Shown: positions 39,214 through 50,511, numbered from the stretch's first letter. The stretch is 64,000 nucleotides of DNA from Chloroflexota bacterium (GCA_003551705.1 PUNJ01000190.1:5900-69899); one strand, 5' to 3'. The notes: a model not told the origin generated them from the sequence alone. Numbers and translations are program-made.

Positions 39214-41277
39214 ATGGACCTTATGTACATAGCACTCATTGCCGGAGTTTTGGCTCTGGCGGTATCTGCTTACTTCGTTCGTTATGTCATGAGCCAGAGC
39301 GAAGGCACGGAACGTATGAAGGAGATATCCCTGGCAATCAAAGAGGGAGCAACGGCCTTCTTGCGCCGGGAGTACCAGATTCTGGCCGTCTTCGTCATAG
39401 TTGTGACGATCATTCTGTCGGTGGTGCCGGATCTTGGCTGGAGAGTCGGGTTGGCCTTCATCTTCGGGTCTATCTGCTCGGCAGCGGCCGGGTTGGCCGG
39501 AATGAACGTTGCCATCCGGGCCAACGGGAGGACAGCGGCTGCTGCTAATGACAGTCTCAACCAGGGTCTGAGGGTATCGTTCCGTGCTGGAGCCGTCATG
39601 GGGTTCACGGTGGTCGGGATAGGAATCCTCGGCCTGGCAGTACTCTACTTCATATTCCATCAGCATGCCGACTTCCTGCAGATCATGCCTGCCTTTGGCT
39701 TCGGTGCCTCGGCTGTGGCCCTGTTCAGCAGGGTGGGCGGCGGCATCTTCACCAAGGCGGCGGATACAGGGGCGGACCTTGTAGGCAAGGTTGAGCAGTC
39801 CATTCCCGAGGACGATCCACGGAACGCTGCCGTCATTGCCGACTTTGTCGGGGACAATGTGGGCGACGTCGCCGGCATGGGCGCCGACCTGTTCGAGTCC
39901 TATGTCCAGGCCATAATCGCCACGATGGCCCTGTCCATCGTAGCCATACCTCTGCTTGTGGCGGACCAGGTTACTGCCTGGCAGTTGCCCATGCTGGTAG
40001 CCGCAGGCGGTATAGTGGCCTCGATCATCGGCGCCATGGCGGTCAGGGTCGGAGAAACTCCTCACATGGAAGCCCTGCTTGGAGCACTCCGGAGAGGCAC
40101 CTTTGTGGCAGCCATATTGACCGGTGTGTTTTCGTTTGCCATTATCTGGGTCTTGGCCGAAGACCTGAACGCCTACTGGGCAGTGCTTGCAGGCCTGGTC
40201 GCCGGTGTTCTGATAGGCGAAAGTACCAACTACTTCACCTCCTTTGCCTATAAGCCGACCAAGGACATATCGGAAGCATCTCTTTCCGGAACAGGGGCCA
40301 ATATAATCGGCGGCTTTGCCAACGGACTCATCAGCATTCTGCCGCCCTTCCTCTTCGTTGTGGCGGCGCTTCTGGTGGCCAACCATTTTGCCAGCTTCTA
40401 TGGGGTGGCCATCGCCGGCATCGGCATGTTGTCCACCCTCGGTATAACGCTGGCCACGGATGCTTATGGTCCTGTAGCGGACAACGCCGGCGGCATAGTG
40501 GAGATGTCCGATCTGCCCAAGCATATCAGAGAGCGAACAGACGCTCTCGACTCGCTGGGTAACACCACTGCGGCCACCGGCAAAGGCTTTGCTATTGGTT
40601 CCGCCGCTCTCACTTCCCTGGCACTCTTGCTCTCTTATGCGGTAGCCACGGGGATCGTGCAAGTCAATGCAGAAGGCGTTCAATTCGATCCGGGCTTTGT
40701 AGAACAATTGAGCCTATTGAACGCCCCCATGGTGGCGGCTTTGTTCCTGGGCGTGATGCTGCCCGGCGTGTTCTCCTCGCTCACCTTGACATCCGTGGGT
40801 AAGACTTCGGGGCTCATTGTGAATGAGGTGCGCCGCCAGTTTAAGGAGATTCCGGGTATCATGGAGGGCACGGGCAAGCCCGAATATGGCAAGTGCGTGG
40901 ATATTTGCACCAAGGCCGCCCTCAGACAGATGATCCTGCCCGCCTTCATTGCCATCCTGGCTCCGGTACTGATCGGCTTCGTTCTTGGCCGCTTTGCCCT
41001 GGCCGGCTTCCTGATGGGCGCCATTGCCGGCGGCTTCCTTCTGGCTGTGACCATGGCCAATGCCGGTGGTTCCTGGGACAATGCAAAGAAGTACATTGAG
41101 ATGGGCAATTTCGGCGGCAAGGGTTCGGATTCCCACAAGGCTGCGGTTGTAGGCGATACCGTCGGTGACCCCATGAAGGACACCTCGGGTCCATCGCTGA
41201 ACATCATGCTCAAGCTTATGGCTGTCATATCACTGGTGCTGGCCCCGGTGATCATGAACTGGGACGGCATCATATAG
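39214..41277 (+). CDS. hppA: membrane-bound proton-translocating pyrophosphatase
   Basis: About 16 TM helices, with motifs GGIFTKAADTGADLVGKVE and DNVGDVAGMGADLFESY. ATG follows gaggagg. Confidence 0.95.
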   Translation: MDLMYIALIAGVLALAVSAYFVRYVMSQSEGTERMKEISLAIKEGATAFLRREYQILAVFVIVVTIILSVVPDLGWRVGLAFIFGSICSAAAGLAGMNVAIRANGRTAAAANDSLNQGLRVSFRAGAVMGFTVVGIGILGLAVLYFIFHQHADFLQIMPAFGFGASAVALFSRVGGGIFTKAADTGADLVGKVEQSIPEDDPRNAAVIADFVGDNVGDVAGMGADLFESYVQAIIATMALSIVAIPLLVADQVTAWQLPMLVAAGGIVASIIGAMAVRVGETPHMEALLGALRRGTFVAAILTGVFSFAIIWVLAEDLNAYWAVLAGLVAGVLIGESTNYFTSFAYKPTKDISEASLSGTGANIIGGFANGLISILPPFLFVVAALLVANHFASFYGVAIAGIGMLSTLGITLATDAYGPVADNAGGIVEMSDLPKHIRERTDALDSLGNTTAATGKGFAIGSAALTSLALLLSYAVATGIVQVNAEGVQFDPGFVEQLSLLNAPMVAALFLGVMLPGVFSSLTLTSVGKTSGLIVNEVRRQFKEIPGIMEGTGKPEYGKCVDICTKAALRQMILPAFIAILAPVLIGFVLGRFALAGFLMGAIAGGFLLAVTMANAGGSWDNAKKYIEMGNFGGKGSDSHKAAVVGDTVGDPMKDTSGPSLNIMLKLMAVISLVLAPVIMNWDGII

Positions 41278-41297
41278 TCGCCTTGGGTTAATCTAAA

Positions 41298-41326
41298 GGC
41301 ACGGGGCGCTGCCCCGTGCCTTTTTC
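41298..41326 (+). terminator. intrinsic terminator after hppA
   Basis: GGCACGGGGC-gcu-GCCCCGUGCC followed by UUUUU, 20 nt after the stop codon. Confidence 0.85.
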
Positions 41327-41404
41327 CTACAGCAGTGCCAGATGCGACCTCTACACACGCCGGACTGCTGCCTGCTCGTGTTCAGGGTTGAAGCCCAAAT
41401 CGTC

Positions 41405-41560
41405 ACTGCTGCCTCGCTCTACGCCACCCTACGGTTTCCGCCCCACTGGCCCCCCACACGCGGCGCCGCAGTTGGAGACCGTAGGGTGGCGTAGAGGAGC
41501 GACGCTGCTTGGCCTGATGCGTCCCTTAAGGACGTCGACCGGCTCATTGTTAGTGGATTC
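41405..41560. repeat. intergenic long-hairpin repeat element, copy 1 (19-bp perfect arms CTCTACGCCACCCTACGGT / ACCGTAGGGTGGCGTAGAG)
   Basis: Arms at 41417-41435 and 41478-41496 with a 42-nt loop. A related copy lies at about 52340-52500. Confidence 0.6.
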
Positions 41561-41680
41561 TTGAGACCCTGAGCTACGAAACCCGCCATCTGCGCTCCTC
41601 GAGTGACGCGATGCCCATGCCCGGAGAGACGCGCATCGGCGAGGCGAGCAGGAGAAGGGACTAAGGGGCGGGCCTAAGAC

Positions 41681-42364
41681 CTAGTACAGTCCCAGCACGA
41701 AGGGATTGCGTTTCCGTTCGAATCCTATGGTGGTCTCACCCATGTGTCCGCAATAGACCTTGGTATCGTCCGGCAAGACCATAAGTTTGCTGTGAATGCT
41801 GCGCATTATGGTCTCATAATCGCCGCCGGGGAAATCGGTGCGCCCTATGCTCAGGTTGAAGAGTGTATCTCCCACGAAGGCAACTCCATGGCCTACCACG
41901 CTTATGCCGCCGAGACTATGGCCTGGTGTGTGCAGTACCTGGAATCGCAGCTCACCTACTTCCAGCGAGTCGCCTTCTTTAAGCAGCCGGTCGGGTTGCG
42001 GGGTGGCTGGTGCAGACCCTCCCATCAGTGAGGCGAGCATCTGGTTGGAAGCCCGGATCATATCCGTGGAGCCCTCTGCCTCGTGGACAGCGAACTCCGC
42101 CCCGGTAAGCTCCTTCAATTTGGCTACCCCGCCAATGTGGTCGGCGTGTGTATGGGTAGCAACGATGAGCTTGATGGTGCACCCGAGGCCATCGGCTGTC
42201 TTCTGTACTCTTGCTGATTCTGCCCCGGGGTCAACAACCATTGCTGCGTTGGTCTTTTCGCACCCGACTATGTAACAGTTGGAAAAATATGGCCCTACTT
42301 CAAGACGTTTCACAATCATAATGACACTATTTTTCCCTATCTGGTCGTTGTGTGTCAAGGGCAA
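41681..42364 (-). CDS. MBL-fold metallo-hydrolase (glyoxalase II-like)
   Basis: THTHADHIGG motif and beta-lactamase fold. Start codon uncertain. Confidence 0.8.
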   Translation of the reverse strand: MPLTHNDQIGKNSVIMIVKRLEVGPYFSNCYIVGCEKTNAAMVVDPGAESARVQKTADGLGCTIKLIVATHTHADHIGGVAKLKELTGAEFAVHEAEGSTDMIRASNQMLASLMGGSAPATPQPDRLLKEGDSLEVGELRFQVLHTPGHSLGGISVVGHGVAFVGDTLFNLSIGRTDFPGGDYETIMRSIHSKLMVLPDDTKVYCGHMGETTIGFERKRNPFVLGLY

Positions 42365-42514
42365 AGCCTTCGGCTAGCGCCAAGCGATCCAAGAAACTGC
42401 CCGAAAAAAGTATCAAGCAGGAACATAGCAGGAAACTAAGATCTCTCGTTTTTGACAGTGCGTATCAAAGCTGATAATTTCTATGCATCGGGTCTTTCAG
42501 GAGGAATATCATCT

Positions 42515-43846
42515 GTGACGGAAACTGCTAGAGTTGATATGGAAACGATCGTCTCGCTGTCTAAGCGGCGTGGATTTGTCTTTCAGTCGAGTGACATCTA
42601 TGGCGGGCTGAGCAGTTGTTGGGACTACGGCCCGCTGGGTGTTGAATTGAAGAGGAATATACGCGAGGCCTGGTGGAAAGCCATGGTCCACGAAAGGGAT
42701 GACATAGTTGGACTTGATTCCAGCATACTTATGCACCCCCAGGTATGGGTGGCGAGTGGCCACGTTGGCGAATTTGCCGATCCGCTGGTTGACTGCAAAG
42801 TCTGCCGGCAGAGATTTCGCGCAGATGATCTGGCAGGTGACAGGTGCCCCTCGTGTGCGGGGGAATTGACCGAACCCCGCATGTTCAACCTCATGTTCAA
42901 AACCTTCATGGGGCCGGTGGAAGAAGAGGCAGCCGTGGTCTATCTTCGACCAGAGACAGCACAGGGCATATTCGTGAATTTCCAGAATGTGCTCAATACC
43001 ACCCGGAAGAAGCTGCCTTTTGGTATTGCCCAAACAGGCAAGTCCTTTCGGAATGAGATTACGACCGGCAACTTCGTATTCAGAAGCCGTGAATTCGAGC
43101 AGATGGAAATGGAGTTCTTTGTGAAACCAGGCAGCGACGAAGAGTGGTTTGAATACTGGGTGCGTCAGCGGTTCGAATGGTACGTGAACCTGGGCATCAA
43201 GCGGGAACACCTTCGCCTGCGCCCGCATGCCCAGGATGAATTGGCCCATTATGCCAAAGGCTGTTACGATATCGAATATCTATTCCCCATGGGTTGGTGT
43301 GAACTGGAGGGCATAGCCAATAGGGGCGATTTTGACCTGGTCCAGCACGTCAAACACAGTGGCAAGGAATTGAGCTACTTTGATGATGAAACCCAGCAGC
43401 GCTTCATGCCCTACATAATTGAACCCTCAGCGGGTGTAGACCGCTCTTTCCTGGCGTTTTTGCTCGATGCTTATGAGGAGGAGGCCCTCGAGAAGGAGAA
43501 ACGGGTTGTCTTGCGGTTCCACCCTGCCCTGGCACCGGTCAAGGTTGCGGTGTTGCCTCTGAGCCGTAATGAGAAGCTGGTCCCGGTGGCGAAGAAGGTG
43601 CACTCGCTTATCAGGGGTGGTTTCGTAACCCAGTATGATGACTCACAGAGCATCGGCAGGCGTTATCGACGCCAGGATGAAGCTGGCACTCCTTTCTGTG
43701 TTACCATTGACTTCCAGACTCTGGATGACCATGAGGTCACAATCAGGGACAGGGATTCATTGAAACAGGTGCGGCTTCCCATTGGTATGCTACCGGCATT
43801 TCTGGAGGCCAAACTTGGTGGGGAATCATTCGAGATTTTGCCGTAG
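42515..43846 (+). CDS. glyQS: glycine--tRNA ligase (dimeric class II)
   Basis: [23 protein letters not shown]...WDYGPLG N-terminus, class II motifs and an anticodon-binding C-terminus. Start is GTG at 42515 or ATG at 42539. Confidence 0.9.
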   Translation: MTETARVDMETIVSLSKRRGFVFQSSDIYGGLSSCWDYGPLGVELKRNIREAWWKAMVHERDDIVGLDSSILMHPQVWVASGHVGEFADPLVDCKVCRQRFRADDLAGDRCPSCAGELTEPRMFNLMFKTFMGPVEEEAAVVYLRPETAQGIFVNFQNVLNTTRKKLPFGIAQTGKSFRNEITTGNFVFRSREFEQMEMEFFVKPGSDEEWFEYWVRQRFEWYVNLGIKREHLRLRPHAQDELAHYAKGCYDIEYLFPMGWCELEGIANRGDFDLVQHVKHSGKELSYFDDETQQRFMPYIIEPSAGVDRSFLAFLLDAYEEEALEKEKRVVLRFHPALAPVKVAVLPLSRNEKLVPVAKKVHSLIRGGFVTQYDDSQSIGRRYRRQDEAGTPFCVTIDFQTLDDHEVTIRDRDSLKQVRLPIGMLPAFLEAKLGGESFEILP

Positions 43847-43875
43847 GGTGCCCACGCTTGGGTGGGCGCTGGCGG

Positions 43876-46815
43876 CTAGCCGTCCCCCTGCGGGGCTTTG
43901 GAGGGCCTGCGTCGTGCCCGGTTATCCCCTGGGCCGGCAATAGGGATCGAGAAGACGAAGGTGCTGCCTTCACCCTTCCGGCTTCTCACCCAAATGCGTC
44001 CACCGTGAAGCTCAATGAGTCGCTTGCTTAGTGCAAGTCCTGTACCCAGCCCCCCCGAACGCCGGTCGCCCATTTCCAATTGCTGGTAGGGGTCGAAAAG
44101 CCTGGCTCGCATAGGCCGGGGTATGCCTGTTCCCGTATCGGATATGCGCACCACTATATCGCTTTCCGTCTCCGATGCTTGGACTGTGATCTTGCCGCCA
44201 TCGGGGGTGTACTTGCAGGCATTGTTGAGCAAGTTAAGGACGATCTGCCTCAAACGATATTGGTCTGCCTGCACTCTTGGCAGGTCGATGGGCAAGACGA
44301 ACACCAGTGATTGGCCCCGGCTGGCAAAGACCGGGTCCATGTCTTTTGAGACCTCTTCGAGGACTTCCAGAATGTCCACGGGTTCGCAGACCAGTTCCAG
44401 CAAGCCGATTTCTCCCCGGGCCAAGTCAACGAGTTCATCGGTCCTGCTGTTTAGTCGCAAGGCACCCCTGTAGATGTTGCGGGCCAGTTCCTGGCTGGTC
44501 CCTTCCGGGAGATTGGCCAATAGGGCACTACTGGCAGCCAGCACGGGAGTAAGGGGTGTCTTGAGTTCATGTACGAGGGCTCGCAGGAAGTCGGCCCGTT
44601 TCTGCATTTCCTCCTCAAGCTCGTGGCGTAAACGCCTCTCCTTCCTGTAAAGGTCCTGGAGCTTGTGCTGGGACCTCTCCCAGTCCGTTATATCACGCAG
44701 GGACATGAAGCCGGCCGTTTTGCCTTCGAACTCGGTGCTTATGCCTATGGCGCTCACCCAAAGCTCTTTACCTCCTTTGGTCTGTGTGCGAAACCGGGTT
44801 ACTCCACTTGATGCGTCCTCGAATATCTGTCTGATAACAAGTTCCAGGGTTTCTTGGTCTTCCGGTACGACCAAGGAAAGCGGGTCCATTCCCACAAGTT
44901 CCCGGGGCGAGGTAAACCCATGCATCCTGGCCATGGCCTGGTTCGCCAGAACTATCGATCTGGTGCTCTTCTCTATGACCACTTTACCGTCCAATGTGTT
45001 TTCGAACATTGCACGGTATCTGGACTCGCTGGCACGCAGTGCTTGTTCAGCGCTCTTGCGTTCGGTAATATCCTCCAACTGGAGCAAGTAGCCGGTCAGG
45101 TTATCCTCCGTCTCGCCCTTCAAAGGAGTGATGGTCACTGAGATGTGATACATGTCTTCCCTGAGGGTCTGGTAGTTGCTTCGCACCTTGCTGGTAGCCA
45201 GGTCAAAGGGCCCTTCATAAGCGACGGGCTCGCCCTTGCGGAGTTTCTTCTTGACACTGACGCTAATACTGGGATCGCCAAAAACGGAGTAATTCCTTGG
45301 AGCGTAATTGACCGGGAAGGCGAATAACTGCCTGAATGCCCTGTTCATGCTTGTCAGGTAGCCGTCCTTGTCCATCAAAGCTATGCCTGTAGGGGACTTT
45401 TCGTAGATGGTACGGAAGCGCTCCTCGCTCTTAACAAGCTCAGCTTCAACGCGGCGCCGCTCACTTACATCCCGGGCCATGGTTATGAAACCGTTTGGTC
45501 CCCCGCTGGCATTATTTAGTTGGCTGATCCTGGCTTCCAGACATACGGTGCCGCCGTCCTTGCACCTGGCTACAACATCGTTTATCCAAGTCGAAACGCC
45601 GGGTAAGGCTGTATACTGGTCAAACTGCTTTTGGGCCAGCTCAAAGGAGTCCGGCAGGACCAGGGCAGCCAGGTTCATACCCATGACCTCTTCCGGCGAA
45701 AAGCCGGTAACCAGCTTGATAGACGGGCTGGCATAGGTCAGGTACAAGTCCTGGTCCATGATGCAGATGACATCGGTGATGTTCTCGGCGAGCAGGCGAT
45801 ACCTTGCTTCACTCGCCTCGAGAGCGGCCCGTTCTTGCTTGATGCCGGTGACGTCGTGAATCAGCACCTGCCTGGCTCGCATACCCATGTAGGTCGCTGG
45901 GCCGGCTACCAACTCAATATCGAGCACCTTTCCCTCGAGAGTCAAGAAACGCATTTCTTGCCTCTGAACGTTGAGTAGCAACTGGTCTGGGAGACGGGTT
46001 TCAACTAGCGGCCTGTCTTCAGCAGGCACGAAGTCAAGCACAGACCTGCCTATGACATCCTCGCGTTGCCTGGCCTCCGCCAAACGTATTCCGGCAGTAT
46101 TTGCATAGCGGACCTTGCCTTCGCTGTAGATAAAGACCGGATCGGGAGAGAGTTCCAACCACTGGTAGTAGAGGTCCTCGCGCTCCTCCAGGGCTTTCTC
46201 GGTATCATCCAGGTCTTTGGGGGCTACACGCCCCGACTGGCCCTCCGCCTTGAACAAGGCGGACTGATAGTACTGGACAATGTCTACCACGTCATGTGCT
46301 GCCAGATAGTCCGTCCGGTAGCAACAAATGGACAGAATATGGCAGGTATCGAGACTGGCGTCGGCCTCTTTCCGGTTGGCTAGAATGTCTTTCCAATGCA
46401 GTCCTACGATGCCGGAGGGATCACCGGCAAGGCGGACGCCCCGGAAGCCCCTCCCCTGGCAACTGTGACAGGTTTTGACTAGTTCCCGCATTGGACGTTT
46501 CGGGTCCGGCCTTCCTCCGGTCATATACCAGTCATCGGTAGTGAGGATGGACATCTGCCCGCTGGCCAAATACCGCTCCAGTTGGTTTGTGGCCTCGCTC
46601 AGCGCCTCCCTGGCTTCCGCTTTGTCCAAGAAGGCGGGGATTATCCACCTGCATAATTCATCTTCTTCCAAGCCGGTGATGAAGTAGGGTACGAGAATGG
46701 CCAGAAGATCGGCCTTTGTACGGTAGAAGAGACAATAGTGCCCGGCCTTTTGGACATCACCCAAATGGTCGATTCCCGTCCTGCGCCCGGAAGCCATGAA
46801 GAGGTTATGTTTCAT
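43876..46815 (-). CDS. MEDS-domain multi-PAS sensor histidine kinase
   Basis: N-terminal MEDS-like region (GHYCLFY...), several PAS/PAC domains, HisKA (LVHELKTPLTPV) and HATPase_c (DTGTGIP...GGLGTGLALS). Confidence 0.85.
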   Translation of the reverse strand: MKHNLFMASGRRTGIDHLGDVQKAGHYCLFYRTKADLLAILVPYFITGLEEDELCRWIIPAFLDKAEAREALSEATNQLERYLASGQMSILTTDDWYMTGGRPDPKRPMRELVKTCHSCQGRGFRGVRLAGDPSGIVGLHWKDILANRKEADASLDTCHILSICCYRTDYLAAHDVVDIVQYYQSALFKAEGQSGRVAPKDLDDTEKALEEREDLYYQWLELSPDPVFIYSEGKVRYANTAGIRLAEARQREDVIGRSVLDFVPAEDRPLVETRLPDQLLLNVQRQEMRFLTLEGKVLDIELVAGPATYMGMRARQVLIHDVTGIKQERAALEASEARYRLLAENITDVICIMDQDLYLTYASPSIKLVTGFSPEEVMGMNLAALVLPDSFELAQKQFDQYTALPGVSTWINDVVARCKDGGTVCLEARISQLNNASGGPNGFITMARDVSERRRVEAELVKSEERFRTIYEKSPTGIALMDKDGYLTSMNRAFRQLFAFPVNYAPRNYSVFGDPSISVSVKKKLRKGEPVAYEGPFDLATSKVRSNYQTLREDMYHISVTITPLKGETEDNLTGYLLQLEDITERKSAEQALRASESRYRAMFENTLDGKVVIEKSTRSIVLANQAMARMHGFTSPRELVGMDPLSLVVPEDQETLELVIRQIFEDASSGVTRFRTQTKGGKELWVSAIGISTEFEGKTAGFMSLRDITDWERSQHKLQDLYRKERRLRHELEEEMQKRADFLRALVHELKTPLTPVLAASSALLANLPEGTSQELARNIYRGALRLNSRTDELVDLARGEIGLLELVCEPVDILEVLEEVSKDMDPVFASRGQSLVFVLPIDLPRVQADQYRLRQIVLNLLNNACKYTPDGGKITVQASETESDIVVRISDTGTGIPRPMRARLFDPYQQLEMGDRRSGGLGTGLALSKRLIELHGGRIWVRSRKGEGSTFVFSIPIAGPGDNRARRRPSKAPQGDG

Positions 46816-47105
46816 TACCCGCTGGCTGGCGGTGATACCTTGAGTAGCAAGGAGTCCCGCCTGAATTCCTATTGTTTTTACTCGATGGCCATAATATTGT
46901 CAACGTTACATAAGTGGCTTTGTCAATACCGGCTCCCAAAGAAATGTGGCCCTGGGACTCACCGGCCAGGCACGTTCCAAGAGGAATATTCCCCTTTGTA
47001 ACCAGGCGAAAGCCGATAAGGTTAAGAACGTTTCGAAAGTCTCAGTTTGATTAAAGTTTGCCAGGACCGCTTAACACTTCTGCCGGGGCGGCCAAATAGT
47101 ACGGG

Positions 47106-48155
47106 TCAGGTGTTGAACCACGTGGAATGGCTTTCGTAGACAGTATACCCCTGACAGATGGTGTGCACCGAAATACGTGTATATTTGTCCGCTGGTGAGG
47201 TGAGAACGATGGTCAAATTGATGGCGTAACCCTGCTCCAAGTCAAATTCCTCGGTCTGCCCGGCATTCAGAAGCTGTCCGTCTCCTGCATCGAAGCCAGC
47301 TAGGACGTTGACCTTCTCCGCCTTTGCCGTACCCATGTTTGATACGTCGATGTTGATCGTGTATTCAGAACCGCGACTGGTAGCCTCCCAGGTGTGATGA
47401 AGGATGGGTTTTGGCTTAATCTCATAGATGGTCGCTGTCTCGTCCTTGTATTGATCAGGAATTTCGCCTATTTGCCACCCCTTGCCTGTTGTCTCGAGGT
47501 ATAGATAACAGCGCCCGTTATGGTCATAGCAGGCGCCATTCATGCCCGGTTCTCGGAGTATGCCCACTGCCATATGTTCGGGTAATCTGATAAGGACTGC
47601 GTCATGACCCATGGCTTGCAGGATGGCAGCCATAAGGATTGAGGAATCCTCGCAATCGCCCCCCACGTCTACCAGGGTCTCCACGGGATAGCGAGGATAT
47701 TCATCGTAACCCGTAGTCAGGGCGTCAGAGGCATACGGCAGGCTCTGGACAAAAGCTATGACGAATCTCAGTAATTCGAGCCTTGACAGACCCTCTGGAC
47801 CAGTTGTGCGTCGTAGTTTGCCGGCGAGATCCTCGATCAAGCTATCGTCCATCGGGTCTGTAACGTAAACGGAGTAGTTCTCGGTCGGCGCCCGTTCCCT
47901 GCTTGAATAGTAATCGTAAAGGGCGGCCGGGATGTGAAGCCTCATTGACCATGTCTGGTCGGCATATTCCCATTCAAAATCCCGGACCAGAACCTGGCAG
48001 TCTGGGGAAAGGTCGTCATATATTCTTGTTGGGTCAGAAGAGAACGTTCTTACGGGTTCCGTCACGGCGCAGCTTGTGAAACACAGCGCCAGTAGGATGA
48101 CCAGGATGGATATTTCCCGCAGCATACCCATGTTTCGATCGTACCAGATGTTCAC
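47106..48155 (-). CDS. transglutaminase-like domain lipoprotein (hypothetical)
   Basis: Signal peptide with a Cys (LLALCFTSC). Transglutaminase-like Cys/His/Asp core GGDCEDSSILMAAILQAMGHDAV. Confidence 0.65.
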   Translation of the reverse strand: MNIWYDRNMGMLREISILVILLALCFTSCAVTEPVRTFSSDPTRIYDDLSPDCQVLVRDFEWEYADQTWSMRLHIPAALYDYYSSRERAPTENYSVYVTDPMDDSLIEDLAGKLRRTTGPEGLSRLELLRFVIAFVQSLPYASDALTTGYDEYPRYPVETLVDVGGDCEDSSILMAAILQAMGHDAVLIRLPEHMAVGILREPGMNGACYDHNGRCYLYLETTGKGWQIGEIPDQYKDETATIYEIKPKPILHHTWEATSRGSEYTINIDVSNMGTAKAEKVNVLAGFDAGDGQLLNAGQTEEFDLEQGYAINLTIVLTSPADKYTRISVHTICQGYTVYESHSTWFNT

Positions 48156-48333
48156 ATCAGGTACAACAGACCTCCTGAAAGAGTAACGCTTAAGAAGAAT
48201 AACGTTTCATTTGCCGCTAAGGTTAGGCCCAAGGCCGGCAAGATGGTGCTGAACCGGGTAGCAGGATGCGCAGTGTGAGCTTGACCTCCATAAGGAGCGG
48301 ACTGGGTGGTGGCGTGTCGGCCTGGCGAATGGG

Positions 48334-50511
48334 CTAGTAAGCGATCTTCCTGGTCGGCCATTTTCGGGCCAGTGTCACCTTGGCTGTGCAGCCCTTGGGT
48401 ACGGAAACGACGGTACGGCCGTTGCGCTTCTGGTAGAATACATCGATGGTGGCCTGTCCCAGCCTCAGGCCGCGTACCTCGACCTCTCGGAGCCAGTGGG
48501 GAAGTTGTGGGGCAACGATTACTAATTCATTGTTCATGGCGTTGGGTACCAGCCCCAGGACTGCTTGCAGAAGCATGGGAATGGAACCTGCAGCCCAAGC
48601 CTGCGGACGGCAAGCTACCGGATAACGTACAGGCTTGTTATGGAGGGACCTGGGTGTGCCGCAGAACAACTCCGGTAACCTGTAGTAATCGAAGGTGCGT
48701 GCAGAGTCGTAGATGGCCGTGGCCAGCTCATTGAGTTCCGGGATCAGGCCATAACGTTTGAAGCCCATACCGATGATGGCGTTGTCATGCGGCCAAACAC
48801 TGCCGAGGTGATAGCCCATGGGGTTGTAGCGTATCGAAGCTGAGCTGAGCGTCCTTATTCCCCAACCCGAGAACATGTCTGGAGCAAACAGCCTTTCCGC
48901 CACCATGATTGCTTTGTCTCCGTCTGCTATCCCGGTCCACAGGCAGTGGCCTGGATTAGAGGTGATGCTGCCCGCCGGGGACTTATCGCCGGCCAGAGCT
49001 AGGGCGTAGAAGTTCTCTTCAGCCATCCAGAAATCAGTGTTGAACCGGCCCTTGAGGCATTTCGCATCATGGTTCAGTCGCCGGGCGGCCGCGGTGTGGC
49101 CCAGCAGATATAAGAGCCATGCCATGCCCCTTTTTGCAGCGTACACGTATGCCTGTATTTCTACCAGGGCTATGGGCGGTTTGACCATGGTGCCGTCGGC
49201 ATTGACTATACCGTCATTGGAGTCCTTCCATCCCTGGTTCAGGATGCCCTTGGGAGATCGGCGGGAATACTCGACATAGCCGCAACGGTCAAGGTCCCCG
49301 TATTGGGTGATCCACTGGAACGCGGTCATGATACTGGGCTCGAGTTCCCGTATCAGGTCGAGATCGGCTGTCCAGCCGACGTACTGAGTAGCCACCATGA
49401 TGAAAAGCAGGGTGGAATCAACAGACCCATAATAAGGAGTCATGGGTATCTCTCCCATGGAGGCCATTTCTCCCATCCTGAGCTCGTGGAGTATCTTCCC
49501 AGGTTCCTCATCACGCCAGTCATCGTACTTCTGTCCCTGCCAGCTAGCCAGGATACGCAGTGTCGTCCGGGCCAGGTCGGGATTCATTGCCAGCATCTGC
49601 AGGGAGGTTATGAGACTGTCCCGTCCGAACAGGGCTTGAAACCACGGTGTCCCGGCTGCTATGAAACTGCCGCTGTGGTCTGAAGTGACCAGCATTCGGA
49701 CGTCTTTGAGGGCCCGGTCGAGCATGGCATTGAAGAATTCATTGTCAGTGAAGATGCTGGTGCACCTATCGAGCCAGTCCCGGTATGACCTTTGGAGATA
49801 TTCAAATTCGGCAAAGAAATGTTCTTCTTGCGGGACCTGGCCGGGGATAACTCTGAGGGTGAAGGTCAGACTCTCCCTATGCCTGAGCTTGATATAGAAC
49901 AAGGCCCCGCTGTTCCATACCTTGGCGGGTTGTGGGGAGAACGTTATGGTGGTGGTACGGTGCACCCCGTCCAATCCCTGCCTGCCGTAGGCTACCCCGG
50001 AGGGGGAGACCCTGGGCGAATCAAGTTGCCCGCGGCGCAGTCTGCGCTCGCCTCTCACTTCAAATATATCGGCAAAGTCAGCATTAAGGTGAAAGCGAAG
50101 GCCTATTTCGATGGGAAAAATATTGAAGTTGGTGACCTGGACAATCTCCAGGAAGGAACCCTTTATGATGCGCTGGCGGATAATCTCCACGCTGTCTTTT
50201 GGCAGATCACGACCTTGCCGGTCCGACATATGCGGATTGGTCAGTTGGTGCTCTGAACCGAAGCCCATCTCTGCCGAGGAAAGAAGGACCATCGGCTTCA
50301 CACCGTCCAGTGACAGGTCGAACACGGAGAGATATCTGGTATCGTCCTTGTACAATCCGTAGCCTGCCATACTGCCGGCAGGCATGTTGCCCTCTTGGTC
50401 TGTCATCAGGAAGAGCTTGTCTTCTTTGATGACGAGGGCGTCGCGAATATCGTCGAGCCCGATGGGCTCGCCATGTGGAATAAGGCGTTCCGTATCTGAC
50501 AATGCACTCAC
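48334..50511 (-). CDS. amylo-alpha-1,6-glucosidase (glycogen debranching enzyme-like, GDE_N + GDE_C)
   Basis: Length of 725 aa. Conserved GDE C-domain segments (WFQALFGRDSLI...; NQGWKDS; GYHLGSVWPHD). Confidence 0.8.
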   Translation of the reverse strand: MSALSDTERLIPHGEPIGLDDIRDALVIKEDKLFLMTDQEGNMPAGSMAGYGLYKDDTRYLSVFDLSLDGVKPMVLLSSAEMGFGSEHQLTNPHMSDRQGRDLPKDSVEIIRQRIIKGSFLEIVQVTNFNIFPIEIGLRFHLNADFADIFEVRGERRLRRGQLDSPRVSPSGVAYGRQGLDGVHRTTTITFSPQPAKVWNSGALFYIKLRHRESLTFTLRVIPGQVPQEEHFFAEFEYLQRSYRDWLDRCTSIFTDNEFFNAMLDRALKDVRMLVTSDHSGSFIAAGTPWFQALFGRDSLITSLQMLAMNPDLARTTLRILASWQGQKYDDWRDEEPGKILHELRMGEMASMGEIPMTPYYGSVDSTLLFIMVATQYVGWTADLDLIRELEPSIMTAFQWITQYGDLDRCGYVEYSRRSPKGILNQGWKDSNDGIVNADGTMVKPPIALVEIQAYVYAAKRGMAWLLYLLGHTAAARRLNHDAKCLKGRFNTDFWMAEENFYALALAGDKSPAGSITSNPGHCLWTGIADGDKAIMVAERLFAPDMFSGWGIRTLSSASIRYNPMGYHLGSVWPHDNAIIGMGFKRYGLIPELNELATAIYDSARTFDYYRLPELFCGTPRSLHNKPVRYPVACRPQAWAAGSIPMLLQAVLGLVPNAMNNELVIVAPQLPHWLREVEVRGLRLGQATIDVFYQKRNGRTVVSVPKGCTAKVTLARKWPTRKIAY

